Positions 27,036 through 44,593 of a DNA stretch of 64,000 nucleotides are shown here, one piece after another; the first letter of the stretch is position 1; each line of letters starts with the position of its first letter. A program made the translations under genes and the position numbers. Origin of the DNA: the human T2T-CHM13v2.0 reference genome, Homo sapiens; assembly GCF_009914755.1 (NCBI RefSeq), contig NC_060932.1. One strand, 5' to 3'. The notes beneath the pieces are model-generated. The model did no database searches and was not told the origin of the DNA. It saw nothing but the letters and a program-made list of their open reading frames with translations.

Positions 27036-28750
27036 ATGAGATCCTGAAGGGTGATGCAGGGGCTAGATTATGTGCCAGGGCAGGAACAATAACAATAGCA
27101 ATGAAAACTACTGTAGATAGTGAACCCAGATGCAGACTCAGAGGTAGTATGTAGAAAGTAGAGAGATTGATGCTACTGATGGGTATAGTGATATTCATTC
27201 TTAAATGCCCCAGGAATCTTCCTAGAGCTAAAGTCAAGAATGAGGGAACTGTTACAGCAGTGAGAAAGGCAGCACTAAAAGTTACTGCCATTTTGAATTC
27301 ACCTACAGTCCCCTTTCAGGCTGAATGTTTAAAGAAGGCCTTGTTACACATGAGTATTCCTGCACTCCTCCTTTGAGGACTTTAACCCTATTAATTATTG
27401 TCAAAACCACAGTGGCTTTTGAGCTGATGCTACCACCCTTAAAACGTCTGACCTTCTGCTCTCTGCATATATGGGTTTGCCTGTGAGCCACACTCATCAC
27501 ACAATTTGCACTTCCATAAGCTTGTTTGTATAGACTCTTAGTAGACCTAGCAAATGTGGAGAGTTGTAGCCTATCTTCACGGTGTCACAAGCAAGTTCAT
27601 CCTTTACCCCACCACTTATACTAAGCCCTCTGGTCAACCTGATCCTCAAAGTAGTCAACGAGAAAGCACCTTGTCTTAGTCTGGCTGTAATATTTAATGA
27701 AGAAAAGGTAGATCCTGTTCCCAAACCACATCAGGATGAATAGTCATTATTGGAATTTGCCACAAGAACAATGCAGGTTTTTCCTTTTAAGACAACTGAC
27801 ATTCAGACTGTGTCTCATCTATCTTTCACTGAAGATCAAATACACATATTTTTGTAGAACTATCAAGGAGCAGCTTATCCATACACTTTCATGAGTAGGG
27901 TGGATTGCTTCTTGCTTTTCTTCTTCCTTGATTCTTTGAATATTTAAAGTGTCTCTGTACTTGAACTCAAAGCAGAATCCTGACAGGTGCCTTAGCAGTG
28001 TGATTAAGGCTTACTATCAACTAGTTTTGGGGAGCTGTTTTTGAATACATTGGTTCTGTTCTTGTGTTTCCTGATGTCAGTGTAAAGTTTTGTGATGGTA
28101 TCTTTTCTGTAACTTCCCTGCATTTTTGGACCCCCCACCACTTTATAAGACCCATATCTACTTCACAAGAGCAGAGTTTCATGTTCACTTGGCTTGAAAA
28201 TAACAGAACGCCTCATGGCCTAGTTCAGAATTGGCTTTGGAATAGTTCTTATTCACTATTAAAAAGGTGGAGAAGAAGACACACCTTTGTTCTCCCTTCT
28301 TTATTATCCTCTTAGATTCTTGATAATCCCCACCTCCTGCTACTGCCTTAGCTTCCATTCTCATGTACCCCAGGAGAGAAGCCTAATGCAACTCACAGCT
28401 GGAGGGAGACCTTGACTATTGTAAATGGCAGTGCTTTGGTATACAGCTATATTATAGGAATCAAACAGCCTGCTATGTCCAAAATTTCTATATTTGATTC
28501 TCCAGAGATCTGTTTGCTCTGTGCTCTAAACAGATCTTTGGAATATGATCTTTCGGTATTAGGCACTGCCTAATATGTAAACAAGTACAGAATTTCTTGA
28601 ACATGTGGGTTTGGGTGTCTATTTTTTAAATCTGTTTTACTAGTTTACAGTTGCCTATTTCGGTTCACCAGACAGCAGGTGTTTGGATTCCCTGCTGCCA
28701 TTTAGTCTCAGCACATGTTCTGCCCAGCTGAGTCGTTCTTTTTTTTTCAG
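27036..28750 (-). mobile_element. Possible degraded Ty3/Gypsy-like (MamGyp-int-like) internal region with gag and protease relics
   Basis: Minus-strand LGTGSTFSSLN...PHLLGLL (27497-27724) resembles a retroviral aspartyl protease (DTGS...LLG); upstream ASLLGYMRMEAKA..DYQESKR (28296-28382) is weakly gag-like. Confidence 0.35.
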
Positions 28751-30310
28751 CAGGCATTCCTTCTAAGTATCAGTCAGAGCTTTCCTGGGTCAGCTACCAA
28801 ATAAAAAAGTCAACCATGATCTCCCAGAGTCCTCTGTCATTTAGGTCTCAATGTGGTGCTTTCTATGACCCTTTTGTTAAATGTCACATATGAGAATAGC
28901 AGGAGGTTCATATTGAGACCTCCACTCTTTATTAATGCACCTTATAGATATTTGATGTTACACATTGCTATTAAAAAGTGAATTTTAATAGCAATGATGC
29001 TGAAAACATATTTTTTATGTGGCTAATCAAACAGTCACCAGTCAGCAGCAAAAGTCAGAGCAAATGAATGTAGCTTCATGTTGGAGGAAAGACAAAAAAG
29101 GAACAAAAACTAATATAACATCAAGGAAAATGTTAAATTACATCTATTTTAAATTACATTAAAATGTAATTCATAATAGATAGATTAACTTTGTTAAGAG
29201 TTATTCTCTTGAGAACTCACCATCAATAGAGGCATCCCTAGGCAAGATTTGCCTGTCTGTAGCAGATGTGTGTTTGTATTAGGAAAAAAGCAGTGGGAAT
29301 TAATAAGAGAAAAGGAGTAAAGTGGAGAGCATAAAGGAAGTAATATTTCTCAAACTCAGCCTTAGGAGAAATAAAACTTAGTCAAAACAAGAAAGCTGAG
29401 TCAAAACCTCCAGGGCTTCAAATGTTTTCTTGCCTGTTAGCAAAAGAACGAATATGAGTTGTAACATATTTTACAGGTTTCAAATTTTTGCTCGGGAATC
29501 TTGGTTTGTAAGTTGATTATTCCTACCTGTATTTTAAAAGGGTTTAACCAAAATGTAAAGAGCTTTTGGGAGGGGTTTATATTCAGTTATTTTTTCTTCA
29601 GTATAAATATAGGGAGCAGTATATAAATGAAACTATATATTTTCTTTCAAAAAAGAAAATGAATAATTATGATTCTCCTGGGCACTTTTTCTACCTTTCC
29701 TATCCCACATAACACTATGACATGTATTATTCATTTAAAATATAATTATTACAATTAATTTTTATTTTAAAATCCAGTCTTAATATAAATCTATGTAAGT
29801 ATTATGTAAGTTGAGTTTTTACCTGTTAGTGTTTTTTATAAATATTGGATTTTTCAATTTTTGTGTTTCTAACTTACCTGGAATTTTATGCTCTAGTGGG
29901 AATAACAATAGAGTTGGTATTTAAAAACAATGGTTCACATTACTATGTTGTGCGATTATTGTGAACTCTGTGTCAAAGTGTCCATTTCCTCTTTTATAAA
30001 ATGAAGTAAATTTTATATTCCTCCCCCAGCTTTCTTTCCTTCTATATTTAAGAGTCAATATCAGTGCAATTATTCCCAATCTGAAATATCATTCTCTATT
30101 ATAGGCAATCAGCTAAGAATGTTATAATGCTGTTCTTTCCCCTAAAGATTTTGGAAGGAAACCATTAAGTCAGTGGAGCATAGAAATAGATAGCTATTAC
30201 TTTTTAGTAATGCAGATTTAGCATTTCTAGGAATAAGACCAAACATTTAAGCATGTTCACAGGTGTGCATCTAAACCCAGTTATTTCACTAACACTTGCA
30301 AAGAGACTTT

Positions 30311-30406
30311 TAGTATTTTACAGGTGCATCTGTCTCAAGGACATCGTCTGTCCAAACTGCCAGATGGTCAAACATCAGAGGCATCTCTGTACCTGTAAAA
30401 TGACTA
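30311..30406. repeat. Imperfect inverted repeat / multi-stem hairpin
   Basis: tagtattttacaggtgca pairs with tgtacctgtaaaatgacta; inner stems tgtctc/gaggca and atcgtctg/cagatggt. Confidence 0.8.
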
Positions 30407-30959
30407 TACGTTTATAAACACTGCATTTATTATGCAGGTAATTTTAAAACTTTTGATTTATTTATGGCAGTGCTTACTTGGTATATGAATACTGCACATA
30501 CATATTTTATATTGTTGACATGACTTAACAAGTACTGTCATTTCATATAGTTTGGAAAATACTACAATCAGGTCAGAAAGCATGATTTTCATCCTCTGTA
30601 TCAAGATTTTCAGGTGCATATTTTATTTCTTGGATTTCTGTGGTTGAAATGATTAAAATCCACTAAGTTTATATTATATTTAAAAAGTTATTGTAATTAG
30701 AAGTTTTCACAGTCAGGGCTAAGGAGGTACATTCTCAGATATAAGATTTTTATCTTCTTGGTAAAATTTTTATCTTCTTGGGTTATTATAGGACCATCTT
30801 AGACAATAGGACTCAAAGAGAATTTCTGTGTCTCTCAGAACAAAACAGTATAGGTCTGAGCCATGACCATTTCAAAGGCTCCTAAAGAGGTCAAAACAAA
30901 TTTGGCATCAAATATAGGAGTTTGTATTCATTTTTGTGGCAGTGTGAAGTAATCCAAGA

Positions 30960-31680
30960 ATAAACACAAAATAGGCTGACAAGAAATATTTATGACATAT
31001 ATAACTAAGAGTTAATATTTCCAATATCTAAGTGGACAAATAACTACAAAAAAGCATAAAAATAAATGTCATATTTAAAACCATCATGTTGGAAAGTATA
31101 ACGAAAGATTGATAGTGTCCGTGTCCAGCATTGCTGAAGATAGGAGATAAAGTACTTTTACATGTATGATCAGAAGATGATGAAAGTGAAATTAGTTTCA
31201 GTTTTTCTTAGGGGAAATTTTTTCCACTAACTATCAAATGTAAATTAGCCCCACAGTTTGATCCAGCAATATACCTTTAATTATTCCATCAGAAACAACT
31301 CCCACTAGATTATAAATACTGCATATATGTGTATATATTGAACAAGTACACAAATATTAACATACTGAATTAGCATATTCAATGAGATAATGCATTTAAA
31401 CAATTTAGACAGTACAGGCTACATAGCGAGTACTTGATTCATGTTTGTTGTATTTGTATTAAAATAATAGAGAACAGTGTTATTCTCTGTGGTTACATAC
31501 ACACACAAAAATAGCCTGGAAAAACATACTTTAAAATTTTAACACTAGTTACACTAGAAGAGTAGAAATTGGGAGAGGAGTGAAGTAGGATGAAAATTTT
31601 CATGTTTTCTTTTTTTTATTATTATGAACTCATGTTTAACAATTTTCAAAGAGCATTTGTGGATTTTGTAAATTAAAAAG
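30960..31680 (+). mobile_element. Diverged L1ME 3' fragments with an embedded MIR piece (~31380-31460)
   Basis: gtccagcattgctgaagataggagataaagtactttta...cacagtttgatccagcaata; aatgagataatgcatttaaacaatttagacagtac. Confidence 0.55.
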
Positions 31681-32949
31681 CAGTTATGATGACTCTCATC
31701 GTGGTGATCAGGTGTGATTATACTCTAGAAAGTCAGGAACTGTTCGCTAAGAAATAACTAAATTTAACTTTAGATAGAACTTTAGATGAAAATGATTATC
31801 TATCCCCTTTCATCAAACCAAACTGGCCTTTTCTACTTCTCCTCTACTGCCCTACACAGAATCATAGCAACTTATTATTCCATTTAAAACTTAATACTCT
31901 GCCTCTAAAAATTAAATAGTTGTTTGCTATGCAAGCCCTCTAGGAAGCAGAGCTTGTTGAAATTGTATCAATACATACAAAATAATTTTGTTACATATAA
32001 GCAATAGAAAACATACCTTAGGAGAAATAGCAAGGTTAATCAATCTAGTAAGCTTGATTCATCTTTGAAAGTTTCCAATTGACTAGTTGCTCTTTAAAGT
32101 CTGGAAAGATGTTTAAAAAAAAAAACTATTCATGGAAAATCTCTAGTTCTCTTAAAGTAAAATCTATGAACTATTACTGGGAACTTGTAATTAATCTTAC
32201 TTATGCTAAGGGAAAGAACCGATTTTTCATAATGCATGCCTTTTATGTTTGAAGTTGATGCTTATTATAGTGTTGTTATTGAATGTGAATGAACATGACT
32301 AAAAAAACCTGTTGCAATTAGTAGCCTTTACAAGAAAGTCTTCACATAACAATCTTTCTTTTGATGGGTATTTGTAATCACTGTTTACCATTCTGCCTCT
32401 TAAACTCATAATTACGTTTCTCAAAATGTCTTATTTCATCTTGAATTTTGCTTGAAGTGTTTTCTATTAGTAGCTCTTCAGAGCATAATTGAGCCTATCT
32501 GTTTCTCAATGTGTCTGTAAAACTTTTTATACCCTGGATTCTCTCGTTGTCCTAGTTCACCTAGTTGGTCAGTCTTGAATGTATCCACCTGCTGAAAATG
32601 TTTTCTGATTTACACAGCTCCAAAGATTTGCGTGGTGCCATAAACAATGCACTATCTGTCAGTCTGACCCATAAGGCTAATTCTGTATTCAGATCATTTA
32701 AACTTGCTTAAAGTGTTGTGAAGAAAAGTAAGGAAATTTTCAATTTGAGGGATATACTGTTTAAACACACTGGGTAGCATTCAACCTTTTATTCAATCAT
32801 TTAATAAATATAATGGAATGACTTTCACGTACCAGACATGATTCTGAGTACCCAGAGACATGGTGACTTTATTTACAAAACAAATCCCATACTCCTTTTT
32901 CCTCTGTTCCTGACACTGTAATCAGTTCCTTTCAGGGATTAATAGACTA

Positions 32950-33620
32950 GCATTTTATCCCAGCTTCCTTCCTCAAAATTCACCCTTTTTAATTTATTCC
33001 CCATAACTCAGTTCATTCATTTCCTGTACTGCAAAAAGAATGATCTTTCCACAGACAGATTATTAAATGCTGGGGAAACGTTGTTTAAACCACCAATGGT
33101 TTCCCATTAACCTTAGAATGAAATCCAAACTTCATGTAATAGTCTACAAAGTCCAACATTAATTAAGGCCCTGTTGTCTGATTTCATTTTCTAAAATCCT
33201 CCAATGTCTTCACCAAAGTGTGATCACATTGGTCTCTTTCCAGTTCTACAACTATGCAATTTCATTCCTCCAGGTTTGTACATAACCTAATTCCTCTTTC
33301 TGGTCTATTTATTTCCCAGATTTTGGCATGTCTGGCTACTTCTTATCATTCAAGTATCATATTGAACATTACCCCAGTGAGGCTTTCCCTGGGAATTCAA
33401 CTGAATGTGACCATCCATGCTTTATCTCAATTAACATATTTTCTTTTTATTATGTAATTTACCATTATTAATCAATCTTGATTTTTTTTTCATCTTTCCT
33501 TACTAGGAGGTAAGTTACATGGAAGTAGTGATCTTGTCTTTTTACTCATCCCAGTGTCCTTGGAACCTAGAACAGCGATTGGCATGCAATAAGTAAAGGA
33601 ATATTTAGAATAAATAAAGC
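32950..33620 (+). mobile_element. L2 (L2a-like) 3' end
   Basis: aatggtttcccattaaccttagaatgaaatccaaac...gtgatcttgtctttttactc...acctagaacagcgattggcatgcaataag...gaataaataaa. Confidence 0.8.
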
Positions 33621-34532
33621 AATAAGTTACTTGGATATATGGTACCTATTGTTCTGAAGTTCAAACTATTAGCTGAGGATGTTGTCCATATTGCATATTA
33701 CTAATTATAACCTCTATAGTAATGACAAGCAATGAAAGGGTTATTTCCATATTTTGTGATCCTCTTGATTGATGCAAATGATTTTTTTAATACAGAGAAT
33801 ATTTTGAATATACTGTAGACAGAGTCACTGGCTTGAGACACTAGCCAATGACAAGGTTACTCCCTCTTAACTGGTTAAAGGCAGAGTTAAGTTTGCACTG
33901 AGCTGCTAAGGGTGAGGATTAGAATGAAAATCTGTTTCTGGTGGCTAAAGTTTCAACTATTAAACCACTTTTTTTTGTCCACTAATTTCTGATGCAATCG
34001 AGGCCCAACGGTTGGATTTGTTCTCTTATCCTTGTGGTAACTGGTAGTTATCAATAAGTATTTCCATTTGCAGAGATGAGTACAGTTGAGGGCTAAAATC
34101 TTGGCTTTCAGTTCTGTACTATGCTTTTGTGAGGTTAATTTATTTCAGAATAACCTAGCATTAATCATAATTGTGAGCTATCTTTAATGACATTGTTGTT
34201 GTTAATTAAAATTTGTCAGTGGCAACATAAAATTTTGCCTTCTAATTTACCACAAAAACAAGAAACACTAATTACTTGAAAATAAGTTCAGATTTTGAAC
34301 TTTTTTTAATCTCTCTAAAATCTAACCCCCATTCTACCTTCTCTCCCAATCTGTGGGACCATATTTAAAATTACTCATATACTTGTACTTGCAATTAAGC
34401 TTAATCCAATTAACATTCAAAAATAAATTGTTTGAGTTTCTTAATAATTTTTATTTTGATTTGGGTAAATATTTTGAATAATTTCCGAATGACTCACATT
34501 TGAAACCATGGAATTATCTTCAATGTATCTTT

Positions 34533-38106
<3,574 letters not shown>

Positions 38107-40204
38107 TAAATTCACTTTTTATGGTAACAACTAATTGAATTGTGAGTCCATTTTCTCTGAATTTCTGCTTACCGATGTTTCATTTTCTTTTGCTTTGTTT
38201 TTTTTTCTGTACTTTATTCTGTATGTATGTTTTTTTCTGCATTCCATGTCAAATTTTAGTAGTATATAATAACATAATTGAATAAATTTGACAAACAGTA
38301 AGTATTCAACAATTTACTACAAGCAGTATATTCTTTAAAGTTATTCTTATCATTTTGTAAATGAGAAAACTGAAATTCACTCAAATGCACTCAATTTGAT
38401 TTCAAATACCTTACTTATATCCACTATTTATGGAGGAACTTTATTTTTCTAGAAAAAAAATATTACATTGCACTTTGAGTTTCATGAGATAGACAGATGA
38501 CAAGTTCTTCCTTCTTCAATTTAGGCCATCAGAATCAGACATTTTCTCATAGCCTATATTTAGGGGAAAATGTCAATACATGTAGGAAAAATTTTTAAAG
38601 ATTTAATAAAGAAGTTTACACACTATACAGTATCATGGAAACATTTAATTAGACATAATATCTATTTCATTTGATGATAAGCATACAATCAGTCAAACTT
38701 TATATAGCTGCTGTTTGGTCTGTTTTAGAGCTGACTCATTGTATTTTAAGTGCTGAACAGCAGGATATAACTGGTAAAGCTTATCTGGTACTTAGAACTT
38801 AGCAAAATACAAGAATTCACAGTAAGCAGGAATAGCTTCTTTTTATAATACATTCTCTTGAAATAGTAGGAGACAATCCAATTTAGCTTACTGAGAGATA
38901 ATTTTAACTCCTTAGTTCACCTAACTACATTTTTACAGTTATATGGCTTTTAAGAAGTAGACTTATTAATGTTTTAAACATACCATTTAAATGGATAATT
39001 ATGGCAAAATAATTCACATTGATTATCACCAATCTGAAAGTCAAGGAAGGTAAAGCTACTAAGTTCAGTTTCTATTTTCACTTGTTATATCCTCCATAAC
39101 CCTTAGATGATTCCAAGTGTGTGTACAACACAAGATTATAGGTAAATCTAAAATTTGTGTAAAAGAGTTGTTTTGTGTAAGAGTAAATCTTTAAACATTT
39201 CAAAAAAATGAAGATACAGAGCCAATGAAAGCAGGTGAAATACCATCGGCATGAAGGAACATCTTTGTAATTAAATACCTTGTCTGTATACTCATTGTTT
39301 TAATTATTGATATCTTATTGGCAAGACTGGCCATTGTAGTATACTCGAAGTTCTATACGTAAACCTTCATTTAGTTATAAATATTCCAAACACTGACTTA
39401 TTTGCACCAACAAAAGTCATTATTGAAATGTTGTCTTCTTTCAATTCTTGCTATTATAGTTACTTAGGTCAAGAGATTTGATTTTAATTAACATCTTAGA
39501 AGTAAAATATTTGGCTTAACAAAAAAAAGTAAAATCATAACCTTGTATTGTATAAAAATGCCTAAGCTGTGGGTACAACTTGCAGTGTCATTTGGAGAGG
39601 TTGTCTAAATTCATTTAAATTTATTGGCACATAGAAAGTAAGAACATACAGAACACTGAGAAATGCCTTCTAATTATCTGTTGTCTCATACAACACAGTG
39701 CGGTTGCATTCAGAGGCTACTGGATCATAATTCAGCCTTGGAGTTAAGTGTGTGCTTCATCTATGTTAAAAAATCTTAGAGAAGCTGGTTATAGCTGTGA
39801 AACGCAGAGGAAAAACTGACTCAGCATCAAGCATTTATTATGTCCCCCTCCTTAAGTAAACAATAATCTTTATTAGGCAGAAAAGTATTGAGCCTCAATG
39901 ATTATTTATGTTTGTACTTTTCTAGGTAATTAAATAGGATTCCTTGTGAAGTTAACTATAATTTTCATTTATCTAATCCCATATTAAAACCAATGAATTT
40001 CCTATTATATATTCAAGTTCCACAAGGACAATACTTTATTAAAAAGTTACTCAATTATTTCAAAATGAAAAAATAACAACTCAGATAAGGTGTTCCACTT
40101 AATGACAGGCTGCCTGTATAGCATTATAAAATAATTTGATTAAAAAAGCATTATTTTGTTTAATTAAAACATCATATTTTAATATCAACTCTGTGAGTGC
40201 ATAT

Positions 40205-40410
40205 GGTCCACAAGCTATGACTGTGGGCAATGGAGGCAGACATACTGAATCTCAATTATGCCTTATAACACTTTAAGCTATATGACCTTGAAAAATATCA
40301 TTTACACATTTGTAAAATTGGATAAAATTCATTGCCTACTCTATAGGGTGTTTGTGAGACTTAAATTCATAATGGATATGAATTACCTACCTCAGAATAC
40401 TTAGAAAGAA
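40205..40410 (+). mobile_element. MIR
   Basis: ggaggcagacatactgaatctcaa...gctatatgaccttgaaaaat...tgtaaaattggataa...tagggtgtttgtgagacttaaat. Confidence 0.7.
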
Positions 40411-40469
40411 ACCTTGTACTTCACAGTATCTTTTGACTACCTCTTTCTTTTTCTCAACTTTCCTATTAG

Positions 40470-40850
40470 ACGAAGTACTATGCCATGAAATGTGGAACGT
40501 GGCTTCCTGAACAATGGCAGACAGTCTGAATGTTGAAATGTGAAGGTGCAGGGGAATTTGTTCACCATGGATTGAAAGTTAACCAAACAGAAATGGCAGA
40601 TAGGAGACAGCCAGACATGCAGTTTCCTTCTAGTCCTTCAGTTCTTCATGCTGAGTAAGCACACCTGCCAAAAAACTTGAATGAGTTTTTTCCTGGACAC
40701 TTAACAAAGCAGGTGCCAACAGGGAAATAAATTATCGTGCCGCTTTAAATATTTCCCTGTTTCATTTCCCACTTACCTCCACAACACCCGCCCTAAACTC
40801 ACACCTTCCAAATTATCCTGCTATACAACACAATCTCAGACACACAATAT
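40470..40850 (+). mobile_element. Probable LTR33/LTR16-type ERVL LTR remnant
   Basis: ccatggattgaaagttaacc...gagtaagcacacctgcc...ccctgtttcatttccc...cacaccttccaaatta. Confidence 0.45.
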
Positions 40851-42190
40851 CTAGAAATAGTCAATTATTTGTATTTTTCAGGAATTATCATTATAATTAT
40901 TTATTTTTTTGGAGTTGGAGAATGATTGCATGGAATTAAAAATTATATAATATTTCTCCTTACTATGAAAATAGGATTATGAGAAATTTTTGAAGTGTTA
41001 AGGTGATGGTTTACAAATAACCTCAACTGACGCAGGGAAACTAAGCATTAATTGTATCTTTTGTTTGTCTTTTACTGTGACTCAGCGAGACAATTAGATT
41101 CAATAATGAGTTTCACAATCTTAGTCAAAACGGAAGTATATGTTTATTGTCATTTGTAATAATTAATAAAACAGATGTGTTTTAGTTTTCCATCTATGTT
41201 TTTAGTTAAGCTCATCTGTTCCCTATTATTTTTTATTTTTAAAAAATTTTGTCCCTTTTACACTTTTTAAATTAATAATAATTTTTTCTTTATTTTGCTT
41301 ATTTGCTACATTCAGTAAGAATGTTTAAGATATAACACAAAATGATAGATGAGTTTTATTAACCATTTCTGTTTTTGGCTTTTTAGTTTCTCCCCATTCT
41401 TGAGAATAAAAGTATGCTTTAAGCCATTGACAGTAGTTTATTTATGGACACAAATTATAGGCCTGGGAGGACAGGTTTCTTAAAAGATATTTTAAGTCTG
41501 AATTTTTTTACTTCTAAGTGTTTATTTAAATTTTTTCTTCTTTTTCCAGTGGACACCTGCATATTGAATTATTTCATCTGAGGCAAACTACAATGGAAAA
41601 ATAAAATCACCTGAAATGATGAACAGTTAAGTTATAAATGAATGCTGACAATAGAAAACAGCACAATGTCTTGTGTAGTTTAAATATATGTAGAAGTAAG
41701 ATGAATTTAACAATGACACAAAATCTGAAATGGAGTAAACACATTTTGAATGTTCTCTAATTCTAACATTACTGGATGAACTGGTAGAGAAAATAATTTG
41801 TATTCAATATAATAAATAAAACACAGAAAATGTAATGTCTCATAATATTTAGTAGAACCAGTAAAAGAATATTGAAAGAATGTAACTAAGAAACCAAATA
41901 AAGAAAAAAATTATTAATTCAAAAGCTGTTGAAGAGATAAAAATTAAAAAAGAAAACAAGGAATAGGTGAACTAAAAACATAGTTATATGGCTAATTAAA
42001 ACCCCACTATTTTAGTAATTATTATGATTCACCATAGACTAAATACTTCAGTTGTCACTAAGATTGTCAAACTCAGTAAAAAGCAAACAAACAAACAAAA
42101 AAACGTGCTTTATAGGTGACACTCTTAAAACAGAAAATTGAAAGACATAAAATACAACATGAAAACAACAAACTGAAAAAAACTGATGTA

Positions 42191-42526
<336 letters not shown>

Positions 42527-44474
42527 CTAATTTATTAAAAAATAAAGAGTTCACTCCAATAGGAAATTGTCACAATTCTAAATATATATGCACTCAATAA
42601 CACATCTTTAAATATACATATGGCAAGTGAAAAGGGTGGATAGAAACCACTGAGCTTACCATTGCATAAAAGCAAATTTTCAAACCTGAAAAAAAAAAAG
42701 TCAGAATCAACGTTTTCAGAATGCTGGAAGTTTAACCAAAGGCTTACACAACCTAAGGAGCATTTAGTCAAGAAAAAAATGGTTTAATCCTTATAAGAAC
42801 AGAGAGCTTTGTGGTGTTTTAACTTACCTCATTTCCTACTCCTTAGCTCAACAGTAGCCTTAAAAAATAACATATTGCACTCCTTGTACAGGAGGGAGCA
42901 GGGCAGAGCTGAATCTATTTCAAAGCCTCATTCCAAAGAACAATCATTATTTCACCTGTCTGGTGGCACCCCAAAAGACACCTGAAAGACATGTCTTTAT
43001 CTGATTTCTCTCAAACTCATGCAGTGCTGAAAGCATTTCTTCAGAGATTAGAGATAGCTTATTGAATTCTTTAACATTATGACTGCCTGAGGGATGGATA
43101 ACATTTGGGGCAAACAACAGACTAAGCAAACAACTTAAAAGTTACGGCTGAGTAATGAGATGTTCATAGGGCTTTGAAAATCTCCCACATAGTTAGGAAT
43201 TTAGAAGGCCATGCACAGGTATAGTACTTGGCAGATGCTCAGGAAGATCTGAAAAGCCCCTAAACTGTCATTTCTGACTTATATCGATGTTCTATACAAG
43301 CAGAAAGTGAAGACTAAATAAGCCAAAACTTTCTAAAATGCATATGGAAATTTAGTAATAGACCAAAATTATTAAAATCAGGGATCAAAGAGAAAAGGTT
43401 ATTGTTGGACTTATAGAAATAAAAATGGATTACAAAATAATACTATGAAAAATTACAGGGCAAATATTTGATAAACTACACAAAATGAAATAGATTCTAG
43501 AAAGGCATAAATCACCAAAACAGACTAATGATTAAATCAGAATTCTAAGTAGATTTAGTAATCAACAAATTTTATTAAACGAAAAGCCCATAACCATATG
43601 ACTTCCTTTATGAATTGAATTCTACTAAAGGTTTAAAGAGTTAACACTTATCCTCCACAAACTCTTGAAAATGAAAGAGGAGGGTGTGCTTCCTAATATT
43701 TTCCATGAGGCCAACTTGAATTGCCTTGATATCAAAATCAGGCAAAGGGATCACACCCAAGGAAAATTACAAACCCAATATCTCTTACAAACAAATTCCT
43801 CAACAATGTAATACAATCCAAGTCATGAAGCATATAAAAATGATTATATATCATAATCAAGTGGAATTTATCACAGGAATGCAAGATAGTTTCACCATAT
43901 AAAAATCATGGTAATAACGGATATCAACAGAATAAAAGATGAAAACTATATCATTATCTCAATAGAAGCAGAAAAAGCATTTCACAAAATCCAAAGCCCT
44001 TTCATGGTAAAAGCACACACAAAACTAGGAGTAGAAGAGAACATCTCCAAGCTGATATAAAGCATCTACAAAAAACCTACAGCTAACATCATACTAAATG
44101 GCGAAAGACTGAATATTAGGCCACTATGATCAGGAACAAAACAAGGATAACCCCTCTCTCAACTCTGTTCAACATTGTTTTGGAGACTTTACCTAGCACA
44201 ATTAGACAAGAAAATAAAATAAAAGGCATCCAGATTGAATAAGAAAAAGTAAAGTTATTTCTACTTGTAGATCATGATCTTGTATATATAAAATCTTAAG
44301 ACAGTAACTAAAAAAATGAAAACTAAAAAATGAGATTGGCAAGTTTTCAGTACACAAGACCAATACAAAGCCTCACTTGTACTATATATACTGAAGCTAC
44401 GAGCAAATGTAAAAAGAAATTATGTAAACATTTCCATTTATAATACCTTAAAAAACATATTTAAAATAAATCTT

Positions 44475-44593
44475 AGCAGGGCTCAATGGCACAGACCTGT
44501 AGTCCCAGCTACTCCTGAGGCAGAAGCATCATTTGAGGTCAGGAGTTTGAGACCAACCTGGGCAACATAGTGGAACCACAAATCTAAAATAAA
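44475..44593 (+). mobile_element. FLAM (free left Alu monomer)
   Basis: cctgtagtcccagctactcctgaggcagaagcatcatttgaggtcaggagtttgagaccaacctgggcaacatagtg followed by an A-rich tail. Confidence 0.8.

Noticed and set aside
30745-30782. Short tandem duplication atttttatcttcttgg x2 (also taagcacatgag x2 at ~45508)
   Set aside because: Ordinary slippage micro-duplications with no further structure.
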